This document shows positions 23,617-24,000 of a stretch of 24,000 bases of DNA, piece after piece. Every line of letters starts with the position of its first letter. Within the stretch, counting starts at the first letter, position 1. Both the position numbers and the translations under genes were made by a program. The notes beneath the pieces were generated by a model that was not told where the DNA came from, did no database searches, and saw nothing but the letters and a program-made list of their open reading frames with translations. The stretch covers positions 16,324 to 40,323 of the forward strand of contig CAYHEX010000005.1 in NCBI GenBank assembly GCA_964355365.1, in the 5' to 3' direction. Source of the stretch: an uncultured Solibacteraceae bacterium. GTDB taxonomy: Bacteria; Acidobacteriota; Vicinamibacteria; Vicinamibacterales; SCN-69-37.

Positions 23617-24000
23617 CTAGAACTTACCGAACGTGCCCGTGTCTTCCAACGGCAGGACGTCTTCGGCCTTCTGGGCCGCCGACTTGACCGGCGTCGACTT
23701 CCTGGCCATCGCGAGCACGCGCGCCACAGGCTTTTGGGCCTTGTGCTGCGTCGCCGCCGGGCGCGCCGCCACCGGCGCGTCCGAACTGCCCACCATCGTC
23801 TCGAGCTCGCGCACGGTGCTCATCGACGTCTCGGCCTGCGCGTTGAGTTCCTCGCTCGCCGCCGCGCTCTCCTCGGCCGTGGCGGCCGTCGTCTGCGTGA
23901 CCTTCTCCATCTGCATGATCGCCTGGGTCACCTGATCGATGCCCTGCGTCTGCTGCTGGCTGGCCTCGCGCACTTCCTCCACGATGCCCTTCACCTTGTT
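23617..24000 (-). CDS. Methyl-accepting chemotaxis protein, C-terminal fragment (start beyond the window end)
   Basis: MCP signalling-domain C-terminal half: EEVREASQQQTQGIDQVTQAIMQMEKVTQTTAATAEESAAASEELNAQAE. The frame is open to base 24000. Stop TAG at 23617-23619. Confidence 0.85.
   Translation of the reverse strand, partial: NKVKGIVEEVREASQQQTQGIDQVTQAIMQMEKVTQTTAATAEESAAASEELNAQAETSMSTVRELETMVGSSDAPVAARPAATQHKAQKPVARVLAMARKSTPVKSAAQKAEDVLPLEDTGTFGKF

Overview
GC-rich bacterial chromosomal window with strong GC3 codon bias, so most long antisense ORFs in the track are artefacts. The gene content looks like a soil Acidobacteriota- or Gemmatimonadota-type genome, but I cannot verify taxonomy. 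I support about 21 protein-coding genes and two small low-confidence ORFs. I recognise no rRNA, tRNA, CRISPR array, transposase, integrase or classical defence gene. Blocks, left to right: (1) The 3' end of an S9 serine peptidase gene. (2) A tightly coupled 8-gene periplasmic nitrate reductase (nap) operon with an unusual composition: outer-membrane porin, napD, napA, a tandem-duplicated tetrahaem NapB, a tetrahaem lipoprotein cytochrome c, a Tat-exported NrfC/PsrB-type FeS protein, and an NrfD/PsrC-type membrane subunit. No napC or napGH is present. (3) A winged-helix plus TPR regulator, divergent from three tandem lipoprotein genes that share a Cys-GGGGS-poly-Thr/Pro linker and an M23/LytM-like core lacking the canonical metal-binding motifs. 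(4) A GH95 alpha-L-fucosidase. (5) A minus-strand cluster of aromatic-amino-acid decarboxylase and tryptophanase (translationally coupled), followed by a small pyruvoyl AdoMetDC-type decarboxylase. (6) A DUF2461 protein. (7) A 300-bp convergent gap with a bidirectional terminator and a Shine-Dalgarno-preceded 18-codon ORF. (8) A two-subunit Tat-exported molybdenum hydroxylase (IorAB-like). (9) A DadA-like FAD oxidoreductase. (10) The 3' end of a methyl-accepting chemotaxis protein gene. The most interesting candidates are the non-canonical Nap electron-transfer module with its co-translated porin, the tryptophan-directed three-gene cluster, and the lipoprotein triad. All family calls come from motif recognition by eye; no database search was possible.
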